Positions 49,787 to 62,932 of a stretch of 64,000 bases of DNA are shown here, piece by piece. Position 1 is the first letter of the stretch. Each line of letters starts with the position of its first letter. The stretch lies in the NCBI GenBank assembly GCA_049724395.1, contig JAUGWO010000064.1, positions 62,001 to 126,000 of the forward strand, in the 5' to 3' direction. Source of the DNA: Spongospora subterranea f. sp. subterranea. Taxonomy: Eukaryota. The notes beneath the pieces were generated by a model that ran no database searches, was not told the origin of the DNA, and saw nothing but the letters and a program-made list of their open reading frames with translations. A program made the position numbers and the translations under genes.

Positions 49787-50628
49787 CCAGCGACACCTCT
49801 CTGTCCTGACGTTCGACAAAGTGAAATCATGGTCTCCTACAGTCCCGAGCGCCGTCGACATTGACGTAGAATCTTTCAGGGCGGCGGTTAACCAGGGCCT
49901 TTTGGAAAAAGGCATCCCAGGTCCGGTACCAGCCGACAAAACGTTTTTGCGCGCCCTGCCATTGCTGAAGCAGTTCTCCTTCGCCATTGATCTGTGGTAT
50001 GCGTTCGTGCGGCCGAGTGTAGATACGCGACTGTGCGAAGGCACATTGATCAGTTTTCATGCTTCCGGGATGATGTTTCTCGGCGCTTCACGGGATCAGC
50101 TCGACCTGCTGGATCCAATCGGTAGTGCAAGAGGGTAATAATCGATCGAATTTGCCTTTCTCGAAGCTGGGTTTTACAAAAAAAGTCATCAACGGCGAAA
50201 TTCGTCCAATTCCCGGGCGATTTTTCTCACATAATGCCGTCGGTAATGCAGACGAGAGTTCTTTAATGACAATAATCGTGCCCAGACTCGTCGATAACAG
50301 ATCGCAGATGATGGATCTAGAACAAGAATTCGAATTCAACAAGTTCTATGTCGACGACGGCGCATCATATTGTACTATTCTGCATTCGGACGTCATCGCA
50401 CACAATAACTGCCCAGAATTTATCAATTACAAAACCAACAATGGGTTCGTTTGGCGATTGACCGTAAGAAAATTCATCGAAATCGACGATTTATGGACAA
50501 ATGCCCGATGTGATGTGGCGGATCAAGGGAGTCATAAGCGGTTTATAGGTCTCAACTTCATCAGCAGATATGTGCATCATATCGACTATCGAATGCCAAA
50601 TCCCCGTCCTTGGTGGAAACGCTCTTGC
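49787..50628 (+). pseudogene. 3' half of gene X in native orientation
   Basis: ORFs 49821-50138 and 50125-50700 match X (KSWSPTVPSAVD...IDYRMPNPR), with a stop and frameshift. It resumes ~15 bp after the point where 30598-31324 stops. Confidence 0.8.
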
Positions 50629-50629
50629 C

Positions 50630-52325
50630 TGCCTCCAGCACGGACATTCTCCAAGAACAGTGCCCCCAGCCGGCGCAACCACGGCCAGAGCATAACATAA
50701 AGTTGACTTTACGGACTTTTAGCCATTTGGAGGGAGAATGAAAAGAAATAAACGTGATTATATTGTCATTCTTCATGATCGATTCCGAGAATGCCTTTAA
50801 CAACTTCGAACGCAGAGCCGTCAGGTATTGGGCGTTGCGTTCTCCTCGATCATGAAGAATGACAACATAATCACGTTTATTCTTTCCATTTTCATGTGAT
50901 CAATGAGTTTACTTCTCAACTGTGTGTTAACGTCTCGGTTTCTCAGCTGCAGAAGCCTCTGGGTGTACTCGGGGATCTCCAAACACCTGCGAACCTCCGG
51001 AGCATTCGTCGATGGTGTGAAACTTTTCACTTGCTCATGTCGTTGATCTTTAACATTCATATTGTGCAATATGATGCACGCTCATAATTGCGCCCATATC
51101 GTCCTGGAACCAGAGCCGCGCTTGTAAAGCGCCAAAGGCGCGTTCGACGTCTTTTCGCAGAGCCTCCTGCAGCTTCGCAAAGCACTTCTTCTCGCTGGTG
51201 TTTGGCTCCCGAGAAGAGGCAACATTGACCGACCATGGCGGATAAATTCCGTCTACTAAGAAGTACCCACAGTCGAAACGAACACCATCGATGGTGAAGC
51301 TCGAATCGGGAGCAGAGTCGGACAACATCTCCGAAAGAATTTCGACCGATCCAGGACATTAATATCGTTGCAACTTCCAGGCTTGCGAAATTCGTAGATC
51401 TCCGGAAGCGACAGCTTCCAGAACGATTGAAGCTGGTCCATCTTTGCCCGTCATCTATCCAACCCACGCCGTTGGACAATTTTTCCAGAACCAATGCATG
51501 CAATCCAGTGATCCTAACATACCAGGCATTCCACGTTCCGCGTTATCTTTGTGAAGGCGAATAATTTCTTCGCGATTTGGTGCACGAAGAAACTCGTCCC
51601 CGTATTGATCGCAAACTGCGCGGCAGAATTTCTTGAGGCCGGCCATAATTTTGGTTTCGCTCAATCGATCGTTTTCGTCGACTGCATCTGCGGCGACACC
51701 GTGTGCCAACATCTCAGCGCAGCCGTGATTTTCTGTTCCGGTGAAGCTCCCAGCTGACCAGAAAATCGCGTCTTTGTGTGAAAAACGCATCACGTTTTGG
51801 GATGACATGTACAATCTGGTGAAAAAGGCGTGTTGACGTTCTGAACCTTCGCCGAAAATTACGCTCCGCATACACAGGTGACGCACAGAGGTAGTCTGTC
51901 ATAAGCCTGGCATGTCCATCTGCGATGCCACGGTTGATGTTTGAGGAACGCCCTACTATCGATCCACCTCTGGAAACTTGTTGCTCCTTGTCCGAGGGAG
52001 CTATCAGACTCGGAATCCAACTCTATGGCCAATAACATCCATTCATCATCGTCCAGGAGCTTATCAATGAGGATGAGATCACAGTCCATTGTCGTTGGAA
52101 ATAATTTTGTAGAGTATGGGACACCTCATTGAGATATCGTCTCATCAGGGTCACCCATTTGATGAAAATATCTGCAAGTCTCTGACTCATCACAAACCGT
52201 TTAAACACCTCGAATAAAACTGTACCGGTGAGGCAACCAGGTTTTATAAATGTTCTCGAAACAAGGTGCTGTACAGCCACAGACTCACTTCAAGTTTAGG
52301 ACAAGAACTACCGGTGGAGATGCTC
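50630..52325 (-). mobile_element. PIF/Harbinger transposon remnant (plant-type transposase, frameshifted)
   Basis: MPGMLGSLDCMHWFWKNCPTAWVG, PGSCNDINVLDRS, YFLVDGIYPPW, QEALRKDVERAFGALQAR. Terminus GAGCATCTCCACCGGT at 52325, next to TTA, after which the X 3' flank resumes. Confidence 0.93.
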
Positions 52326-52470
52326 TTAGTTGTATATAGGCCCTTGTTTTCAAAAAGCTTGGCCATTCCTAGACAAACAAATTTCACACACGTAAATCAG
52401 CCGATAAAATTGAGCTGAAATCAGTAATGACGAGGCCCACTCCGAGGAGCTATTCCTCGTCTCTGACATA
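52326..52470 (+). repeat. Gene X 3' flank in native orientation
   Basis: Reverse complement of the flank in the array units (cagtaatgacgaggcccactccgaggagctattcctcgtctctgacat). Confidence 0.85.
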
Positions 52471-52480
52471 TCGGTTCTAT

Positions 52481-52552
52481 GTAAAAACACGGTACTGTAT
52501 CATCAACAAAAACACGGTATTGTATCATCAACAAAAACACGGTACTGTATCA
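52481..52552. repeat. 25-bp tandem repeat x~3
   Basis: aaaaacacggta(c/t)tgtatcatcaac repeated. Confidence 0.9.
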
Positions 52553-52834
52553 CCGCACTGGCACTCAGTCATCCATGGATACACCGGGTGCTGTACAGTA
52601 GGGGAGGGGGTTTCATTTAGAAGATTAGTCATGAACACATAAATAAATACTGGAAGTTATCAATAAATCTACTGATTATAGTATTTTTTACGATCAGTCA
52701 TGCACATGCCATATTGGAGTTCCTTAATAATACATCTATCGATTAATCGCTGTGTATCAGACCGCGAAGGACAGGTCACAAACCTTTTTTTTTCAATATA
52801 AGTCAACCTCTTTCCACATTCATAATTCAATCAT

Positions 52835-53490
52835 TTAATTTGATAATAAAAAACCAACGATAGATGTATCATTGAGAACGGTTAACATGTCATGTGCATG
52901 ACTGATCGTTAATAGACGCAGTGCGTCAATGATCAATGAGACTTCGCGACGCCTTAGTAGTTTGTAAAGTGCTGGATGACCCCATCCACAGACTCTATGG
53001 AGTGCGGGTTTCTTCAAAAACGGGCTTGAGAACCTAAAAAATGAATTGAGACGGTCAGTCGTCAGAGAAAGTTCAGGCTCCTCGAACTTTGTCATAATCT
53101 GTACTTGATTATTTGGATAACTTGCAGAGATTAGCCTGTTGGATTCTGTCCAGATCTGTTGAGCTGGTTTGGAGCGATCCTCAACAGCGAGGCGATCGAC
53201 TAAACCGAAAACGAATATCAGGACATCCTCCATCACGAACAAGGCAGATCTCTAACAACAATTCCGCCCGCGTCAGTTGGTCCTAATCTGGAGATCAAAG
53301 TGCTTGCCCATGAGCATCTTCGAGGTTGACGATATGGCTAAAATATTCTTATTCTTACAAAAGATAGTGTGCAGGTGCTCTGGCTGGGCGAGTTGGCGTC
53401 GCGGGCCGCCGTTCTCGGAGCGACCTGGCCCATTTTTTCTGAGAGGTTCTGCAACATCATTGGAGACGAGCTTGTTGATCGAGTTCAAAA
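52835..53490 (-). CDS. Hypothetical protein or fragment
   Basis: 135-aa and 71-aa same-strand ORFs separated by an intron-sized gap. No recognised motif. Confidence 0.3.
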
Positions 53491-54140
53491 TAAAGGAGGT
53501 GGATCAACCAGAGAAGTGAGTAGTTCGGCTTCGTTTCGGCGATTAGTATGTAAGATGTTGGCCGCGAGTCCGGATTGGGTTATCTCTTCGACAAGTCAGG
53601 TGCTTGCGGATTAGCGGTGGCTGGATTGGAAAACGATGAAGATTTAGCGAAGCGGGGATGTTTCTTCAAGATATGGTCGGGAATTACTCTGGCGACGGCT
53701 TGGTTGGAAAGTCATCACGTTGTGTAGCAAGCAAGTCCGACATAGCCCAGTTTTCATTGAGACAACTCCAACACATTATTGCAAACGAGGCTAAGACAGA
53801 GAAAGATCAACAAGCCAACGCTGCTCGCCATGCAATTGATCGAACTGTCTCAGGATTCACTCGACGACCTCGTCTCCAAAAATGTTGAGGAACGTCTCAG
53901 CAAAAAATGAGCCACGTCGCTTTAAAAACGAGTTGACCGCGACGTCAACCGACGACCTCGAGACTCGGGCAGAGAAGCGCATTTTTTACACCAACAATTC
54001 CAACCCGTATCAAGCCAATAACCTTGGCGTAGGAGCCTTGCGTTTTCCTTTGATCACAACACCAGTCCAACACAACTAAACCCCATCTCTGTGATCCAAA
54101 CGCGACAACTATTTACAAGTAAGGAACGATGACCAACTTA

Positions 54141-54560
54141 GAGCACATCCACCGGTTGGGTGTCTGATAGGGTAAATGTCGGCCTTTGGATGTGCTTACA
54201 ATCACATAACCTAAGATTTAAATATCAAGTTCCACAACGGTCTACTGGCTAAACGATAGGCTAAATACCCACATGATGCAGATTTTATCATCGGATGACG
54301 ACGACGATCAGTTTGTCGTTCTGCTACTGGAATCGGCTCAACTGGAACAGCTTGAAGACGAGGACGAAAGAAGGCACGGTGGCTCTCAGCCCGGAAGGAA
54401 GGCCAATATTCAAAGGGACCACCTGGACGGTCATCAGCAGCTGTGATATGATTATGCTATCACAGCGTTTGCGATCTGGTGCTTCGGAACACAATCCTGG
54501 AACAGCAGGGTAAACAGGCCGTCATACCTCGAGCTCACGCCATCAATATCCTTACGGATT
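54141..54560 (+). mobile_element. Second PIF/Harbinger remnant (left end and transposase N-terminus)
   Basis: TTA-GAGCACATCCACCGGT resembles the 52325 terminus. The downstream frame DDDDDQFVVLLL...RRHGGSQPGRKANIQRDHLDGHQQL*YDY is typical of a PIF transposase N-terminus. Confidence 0.7.
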
Positions 54561-55689
54561 TCAACATATTTGAACTAATGTGGGGCTCAAACTAGTTCCG
54601 AGGACAGCCTCGCTAATGAGATCCAAAGCTGAGGACGTCGGAAAGTTACGGTCAAATCAAAGTGACTTTCGCCATTGGTCAAGACAGAAGAAAGTTTTAG
54701 CGGCCCAACCATTGACTTACAAGGATCATTAACAGGATCGGGTCGATCTGCCCGTTATCGACAGATAAGTTCACGTTTGGCTGATCCTCACCTACGGCTC
54801 CGCTTGTCCCACGCTTTCCGAGTTGGCGGTCTTAATCATGACGTTGACTATTACGTTTTCCATCGCGTCGATTGCGGCAGGATGTGTGATAAACGAACAT
54901 GATTCATTCTTCGATAGTCTAGTGTTACCTATGGTTCCCTGTCCTAACATCGACTTTATGCAGAAAATGGCGGAGAGGTTTTCCTATTTTTGGTTCTTCA
55001 ACGGCATGATGTCGCCAAAGCATCTCCCGTCATGTTCAGGGACCAATCGCCAATACGTCAACAATCTTGTCTGTCTAGAGCAATCTGCAGGAACGTCAAG
55101 ATTGAGAATACAAACTCAACGGGGAAGCTTCCATTTTATCTGTTTAAACACCCAAACAACGAAAATTGAAACCCCTGTTTTCTTTCCTTTTGACCAGGTA
55201 ATCCATGCCAGAATAAGTGAAATACTAAGCGCTTCCTTCCCCTCGATGTATTCACCATTTGATTCCGGGGCATTTAGCTCCAGCGGCTCAGCTTCGACTT
55301 AAGCTTATATTGAGAGTTTGAAAAAAATAGTGACTGATAGGTCAGCAAACCTGTGTCAAGAGTTTGGTAGCCCTATCAAGATAGTGTGGCTAACTTGAAT
55401 ATTGTAGCGACTTGGTTCATGAATTGTTATGAAACTCTTCGTAACAACGACACAATAACGTCACTCGAATATGCAGTATCCATAGTCGGTTTCTGTTATC
55501 TATATTGAACCTACGATTATTTCAACAAATAGTATTTAACATGTTCGCTCAGGCGGCATCATCTATGAACGGCCAGTTTCAAAACCCGCACATGACGGTT
55601 GAGCTAAGGGCACAATTTTGTTTTTATCGATTCAAGAACGTACATAGGTATATGTTTTAGATTATAGCGATTTAATTTGAAGCATGTCA

Positions 55690-56061
55690 TCAATTGTTGG
55701 GTTCGAGTGGACTACATTGATCCGACAGAGCCTGCAGTCGTTTCTCTCTTTCGGCAACAGCAAGCCTTGCATCTAACAAGTATTGTTTGGCTTTCAGCTG
55801 GAAACACTCTTGTGACTGATCATTGTTCCACCAATCAAACACCTGGAAAACCAGCTGTTTTTGAAGGATATCGTTGTTCCTCTCCCTGGCCTTGGCTATT
55901 TGCAACTCATTCAAATCGAGAGATGGTCTATTTTCAAAATCGATCACATTGCGGGGCGGCAAAAGAACCCGAGACATTGAAGGTTCGGGACACGCACAAA
56001 CTGTTTCTGAGTGATTGTCGTAATCGTTTATATGCATCGAAACCTTGCGGGCATCTTTCAT
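55690..56061 (-). mobile_element. Possible C-terminus of the Harbinger accessory (Myb/NAM-associated-like) ORF
   Basis: Charged helical ORF (AKARERNNDIL...SQECFQLKAKQYL) convergent with the 54141 remnant. Resemblance only. Confidence 0.35.
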
Positions 56062-57068
56062 GGCACTATAGCCACACTCGCCGGTAAGTGCACTGATTAG
56101 TCAGTAATCGGAACGCTACAGTGTTTTTGAGTTTTGACAGTGAAGCGCGCGAGTAGTACGATTCGCTGACAATCTAGCGGCTGTTCTCGCACGACGACGA
56201 ATTACAGACGCGACCTGAAATCATACTACTGTTTTGGATAGAGTTTAACCATACAACGGGATCAGATTCGGTTATTTCGTTAAACCGTATGCGAGCAAGC
56301 GATTGTAGGCGACCGGCTAGGTGGAGTCAGCACGGCGATAGGCTAATGCGAATTTGCATTGGACCGATTCAATAATCCTCAATGGCTCCTGTTGTGATGT
56401 CATTGGCGGACGGGGTTAACGCAAGTGCTTCGAATTTCGTCCCTCGGATCTAGAATCAAAAGCCACGGCGTGTTCTTTGAGTTTTCTGGCCGTGTTTCGT
56501 GAGGTATAGAGAAAGTACTTCAAATCATAGGAATCTGGCTTCTAGAGCCATACCAGATAAAAGGAGTCCATCGTGCTACGGCGTCTCGTTCATAATCCGC
56601 CGGCATGCTGGTCAAAGACAAAATACCCAGGTTTTGCCACCAGACATGAACATGTGAGCAGTAATCATCTCCCGGCTCCCAACAGAGCGTCAATTCAGTG
56701 TCAATTGACTGCGGGACCACAGTTACCGACAGCCGACATATTTGACTCCTCCACGGCGCAACAATATAAATGCGAACACCTGTGTTTGAAGTTTTGCTAC
56801 AGTGGGTTGCCCCTTTTTTTCTCGTCCTGGTTTGCGTTTCCCACACTTAGCCTGCTAACACGAGATGAACAGAGCGGATCGGTGACGGGCCTATTGACTC
56901 TGGATTGTGGTTGAAGTGCGCGCAGTCCCCACCCTACGTTTCACCGGTCTGTCAATTTGTGAATAATTGAGAGCAAAGGGTCACTGCATTATAGGGGAAG
57001 GCGGCGACCAGAACGGGGTGGCAGGCAGGGACTCACCTGGCCAGGAATCCGCCTACATACCGGCTAGA

Positions 57069-58800
57069 ATGAAGACCACAGAACTGGGCTTGAATGCCGA
57101 GATCGCGTCGCTGGTCGCGCTGTGTAAATTGCGGCATCCATCGTCGAGCAGCGGAGGTGGCCTGACCACGTCACATCCGCATACCTTCATGGTGACCTTC
57201 GAGCTGATCAATACAGAGAAAGTTTTCATCGGCAAAATGCGGAATATGTACAGCGAATTTCACCGACGGCTCCGCGCCCAACTCATGTTCCAAGCCGAGG
57301 AATTTCCTGATCCCATAGATGCTCAGCTTGATAGATTGTTCAGTCATGCGATTGGATTTGCTGAGCGTCACGATGAATTTTTGACGAGTCTCAAAGGTGG
57401 GTACGCGAACATGAAAATGATTGTGCAGCTTATTAAGAACGATTCCCCTTCAGAAAACTGCAGAAAGTCATGTTTTCTCCGGAAAGTCGGAGAAACCTTC
57501 AAGAAGTTCGTCAGCGATTCGACCCCGTTTTATTCGGAGTATGCACAGCGATATGCCGACATAACGTACCAGCTCCGTAAATATCAAAGAAGTCATAAGC
57601 GCTTCTGCGAGTTCATCTTCGTGAGTGAAATCTGTGCCGGCGAGAGCATCGATTCACTGAGGATAGCTCCGATTCAACGCGGTTCGCCATGTAACAATTT
57701 GCAATTCACACGCTGACGATGCTTTCGTTTTGTCAACAGTGCCTAGGTATATTTTGTTGCTGAAAGAGCTTTTGCAAGGAATCATAGAGACGTCATTTCA
57801 AGGAAAGTCGATCTTATGTACGTCGCTAGACATGTCGTTTCTACTGCTGCTTTTGACAAGCTATTGTTTTCTAGCTGCAATTGAGTCTTGCAAACAAATG
57901 ACCAGAGAAATTGACAACTCCATTCACATTGGCGAAAAGATCTCTCAGGTTCACGTTCTTCACGATGTATTTTTTGAAGGTAGTGTCAATTTGATGGATT
58001 CGTCGAGATGCTTGTTAAAGTCCGGTGAGGTGACAAAAGTATAATTTACTTACTCACTCACCTGTTCCGTAACTCCAATCCTAAACTGCTTTCATTAGCT
58101 TTTTAAACACCAAGCAATGCACATGTCTCGAGGGAAAAGATACGTATTCTTTTTATTCTCAGATTGCCTCATATATTCCGAGATCGAAGGTTCTCATCGG
58201 ATTAAGCACGTCTTTCATCTTACAGCAATACAAGTTATTAGTTTGGAACGTCCCAACTCTCTCCGTATTGTCTCCCCTATTAAGGTTCGTTTATTCTGAG
58301 CTTCAGTCATCCTTGTTAGCCGTGCCTGAAGTATCTATTGCAACCCCAGTCGCTTTCTTTGCTCTTCGACAGTCCCGAAGATCAAAAATCCTGGACAAAT
58401 GAGCTCCACGAAGCCGGATCGAAATCTCCAGCGTGCCCGGATGATATGACCCCTCAAGTAAATATATGGAACTACTTGGCTGTTTCAAATCTGATCAATT
58501 TCTTTGTAGGAATTTGAAACCTTCGTAATGACAGGATCTGGGCCCAGTCCGAAAAAGAATCGCTTGGTAGCGTCATCGTTGATTGCGAAAAGCCATAAAG
58601 GTCTTAGAAGGGCATCAATTCGCTCGTTCTGGTCACATCCAACACGTCTTCGTGCATTCGCGACCGCTCTTGCCGGGAGTGCACTAATACTTCCTACAAC
58701 CAGAATACCGGGGAAATCTTAATATATTGTTTTCCCAGCATCATATGTATTCAATCCTGTTACCGCAGCTGAAAAATGCGAATTCCGTCGCCCTGGATGC
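57069..58800 (+). CDS. Dbl-family RhoGEF (DH-PH), multi-exon; 3' end uncertain
   Basis: DH: ELINTEKVFIGKM...FYSEYAQRY...SIDSLRIAPIQR/VPRYILLLKELL. PH: LLKSGEVTK...KRYVFFLFSDCLIYS...LLFDSPEDQKSWTNELHEA. Confidence 0.88.
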
Positions 58801-59495
58801 ATGATGCTCTCAACAGTAACACCAAAGAACGGTTTGCGCCTGTCTAACTGTAAAAACCTGTGGAAAAATGGCAAACTACTATCAACCAATACGGTTTTTA
58901 CCGTGCCAGAAGTAAGTGCTTTGAGTTTTCTATCGCATCGAAACGCTCTTCTATACTGTAAACGAAATGCATTTTCGGCAACGCCAATGTGAATGAATAA
59001 CTTGTACAGGTTATGAATTACAGTTTCGTCACATAAAAGTCGTTAGTAAGTAGGTGTGCTTAGTGTAGCGAAGATGTTAGCAAGACTAGGTATGTCATCT
59101 ATTTCCCACGAGGATAATGCTTACCACATCGTTTCGCTCATGATAAGACAATCGTGGGTTGTAAAGTATTGACATAAGTTCGATCAGGGCATTGAGGACC
59201 GAACTTCGTATGAACGGTCAAAACAAAATGTTGACGCGCGAAGTCCTCGCCGCTGTACATCCAGGGACTGCCATCGATGTGTAAAAATTTGCCAGCGTGG
59301 ATGTCAGTTTCCACGTTGCTTGTTTGATTAACAAAGCGAACAGTATCGTTCGCAGCGTATAGCCGATTTCAGCGTAGATAAGGAGTAACACGGTTAACCT
59401 AGCATTAGGCAGTAGCAGATGGATTTTGTTCATCTACAATCGATGACAGAAACGCATTGCTAGAGTATAAATGATTACCGCATCGATACATTAGT

Positions 59496-60220
59496 TTACT
59501 CATGAATAATACACGACTTATTCTGTTCACCTTTGCAGAACTTGGACCCGAAACTGGAATGTTTCAGGTCTGGATATTTGGCAAGGAACGCAACCTGATC
59601 GTTATTAAAGTGATATTGCAGGCAGTTGAGCAACGGGTTCAAACACGTCACCACGAAGTTCCGACACTTCTCTGTAATTTGCGCCTCTACTGGCTTCTGC
59701 ATAATTTCGTCCCTAATTGCCATTAAAATCTGCAGCTTCTCCATCGGGGATGGAGCCGGTTTGCTTCTCAGCTTTGCTCTGGACGGGGGTTCAAAATCCC
59801 CACCGCGCTTGGGCGGAGTGGGAGCCTCCGCCTGAAATTCTGAGCTATGTGCCGGATGTTCAGGCGATGGCGATATCGAGGAGATTTGACCTGCGAGCAA
59901 AACATATTCACTCAACCGCCAACCGTAATTTTCAATCCAAAATTACTCAAAATAAAACCGTTCGCGCTTGGTAAAAAAGCATTGGATAACAATTCCTTTA
60001 GAATCAAGCGTTGAGAATTACCGTTGATCTGTGTGGGAGCTGGCGATGGTGATAGCATTGCATATAGAGCGGTTAATTGCTGAGTATGGGCGAGCAGATA
60101 ATGGAATTTTTGCGATCGATCGTAGATGAACGGAGGCCATCTAAAACTGTTATCCTCCATAGCCTTGATCTTGTCCTCTATCGCCCGTATCTTTTCCTGG
60201 ACCTCTTCGACGTTCGTCAT
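59496..60220 (-). CDS. Hypothetical two-exon protein
   Basis: MTNVEEVQEKIRAIEDKIK...PTQIN joins via a GT-AG intron (~60022-59893) to GQISSISPSP...CLQYHFNNDQVAFLAKYP...FCKGEQNKSCIIHE*. Confidence 0.5.
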
Positions 60221-62932
60221 GGGCGCTACCAACAGCCGCCGACGGAGCGATATACGATACCGGTTCTGGTCCTATTGGCTGTACGGAGTTGGCAGATGGC
60301 GTTGCGCAACTTCATCCGTAACCGTTCATCATCGTCGCGTTTTCCTGGCGTTTTTCCCAACAATCGTTCGGGGCAGTGCTCACCGAAATAATATGGAATG
60401 TGAATCGCTTTTATGGGGACCGCCATTGCCCGAGGATGTTGATTTTGGATTCTGGCAACAAAAATGGTTTGTTATTTCCGCTTCTCGAAATGATCAATCG
60501 GCTCATCACGTCTGATAATTTTGCAATGGTCTGAGCAATATTGCTTGTCAAGCTGAAGTTTTCTGACTATGATATCGGTAGGAACGGTATTGAGGATCTG
60601 CTGATGGCGCTCCCCATGAAAGGGATAATTATCTCGGTGAGTACCGTCCCAAAATAACTCCTCCGAACCAGTGCTTTGCAGTAGAGGGTTTCCTTTCGGT
60701 TCAGCCTATGGGGGTCAAGGTGCGATGAGTAACCAATCCAAAATGTGGTCAATGGCACGACATCTCTCGTCGGTCATAGCGATTTTTCATCAAGCACCTT
60801 CAACTGGCTCACTGTTGCGACGAATTCCACTATATTTCATTGTCTTGATTCGCCTGTCCAATAAACACCGCCTGTGAGACAGTTCAATTTTTACTCTAAG
60901 AGCGTTTTCTTGATGGTCATTGTTCTTGATGAGGGGATGTTATGCGAGAACAGATGTGACCACAACAGCGAAAAAATCTGTTTCGTGATATCGAAAGGTT
61001 CTCAATTAACATCGCCATCGGATCAGAAGTAAACATAGTGCCTGCTTGCGAACGCAGATTAAACGCCAAGATTGCTTGACTGCTTCGAAGAAGCGGAAGG
61101 AAATCTATCCAAAACGACGATTGTTGATGACGCGATCGACATATCCTTTTCTTGTCCCCAGTCCCTGCTAGTCTCCAATCTTATTCCCTTTGTCGAATCG
61201 AGTTCAAACGCGATCGATTATCCGAACGATAAATTGTCATTTGTTGCGAATAGACTCAATGATTACGTTTTTTTTTTCCAGGAAAACCTTAACCCCAGCC
61301 AGACTTTATGAGACTTCGGGTAGTCTGTTCCGGAACGCAAACGATTCGAATGGTGAGAAAAAACTATCCTTTTGAGTGAGTTCTTCTCGTTGAGCACAGA
61401 CCCGCAAAGGACATGAACTAGCTTCTTTTGCTTTACGAAACACGATTTGATGATTTCACACTGACATGGTCGATCTATCTTGTGCCATTTACACGAAGGA
61501 GAGCAAAGCCGTTTCCGCAGCAAACGGCTCTTGAATACACCGACTCAGAACATAGTTGAGGATTGGCTGAGTTTTAGGGGTGAGATGAGCCGGTTCCTTT
61601 TAATCAGCAATATCTGGGCGATTGGAGCCGGGTCATTGTGCGGCTGGTTCAGGAGGAACAGGGAGGCAGTTGCTGCTGAGGTACCGGTATAAAACCTGAT
61701 TCAGCATCCAGTTCCGTTCTCCCCCCCATGTTCTGCGAAATTCAGCGAGGAAGTACCACTCAGCGATCACCGTTTTCGACAAACTGGTGATTTTTCACTA
61801 AAACTTTGAACTTCGTATTAATGGGCTGTTGGCTATCAAACACGATGGTCAGGTCTGAACAATACTATTGATTGGATATCGCTCGACGAGCAAAATGGGC
61901 AGAACAGCAGTGGGGTCACCAATCATGCACAAGCAGCCGAGGACAAGTTTGAGCTCGGCACGTTCTGGTGGCCACTCCGACAGGAATACCCTGTTCCAGG
62001 ATGAACAACTATAGGCAACTCGTGATCGTGAACGATGGCAGGAACACAACAACCTTGAGAGAAACAAAAAACGAATACGAACATGATTTTCTGCGCCTTT
62101 GTATTCTGGGTTTCGTCAACAATTTACAGCTCCTCACGAGACCGGAAAGCCACTTTCTTGAGCAATATTCATGTGCCCTCAGTTTGTTGCTGTTATTCGA
62201 TTGTCAACATCGCGATAGGTGCTGTCTGTAATCCAACGACCCTGGGCTCGTTATGAAGTGCGTGTACCCAGCTGGATCGCCGCGTCGAGGGCCAAGATCA
62301 ATGGGGATCAACGAAAGATTCCGATAACGCAACAACAGAATGTGGACACCGGCAAATGTGTGAAATCAATTATCGATAACCCCAGGGTTCTCGGGTGATC
62401 TGCAATCATTGTGTCTACGGCGACGTCTGGTCGGTCCATTGAAATACAGAGCTTCCCTGTGAATTTTCGGTTATTTGATGAAGTCGGTGAGTTTCATTGA
62501 CATCATAATGTTTCTTGTGACGGTTATTTCAAAGATGAATAAAGGGACTCGTATATTGAATGTAAAGCCTGTATTTTTTAATATTGTCTGTCGTTTATCG
62601 TTGTTGAACACCGTCATCTAGTCGAAACTGTTGCCAACGGGGTGTGCGAAAACCAAATGAACGTGGGGTCAAATCTGAGAAATAAATCCGGTGGACAAAT
62701 TTGGCTAGTCAGAGGTCAGATCAGATAACTCAAATTGGTGGAAGATGTGCCCATCCAGTAATGGGGTCCGTCTGATCAAGTTGCAATAATTCCAGCTGAG
62801 ACCTGACCTATATGACGACGCGCTAATATACACCAAAATCATCCCTATTTGATCCGTGACGGACTCCGTAGACCACGTGTTTTTGTTACCGCCTCAACCC
62901 AGATTCGCCATCCGCCCCTCTGCCTCGTGACG

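Noticed and set aside
60390..62500. Multi-exon gene on + upstream of RPL17
   Set aside because: Fragmentary ORFs; I could not assemble a consistent exon chain or recognise a motif.
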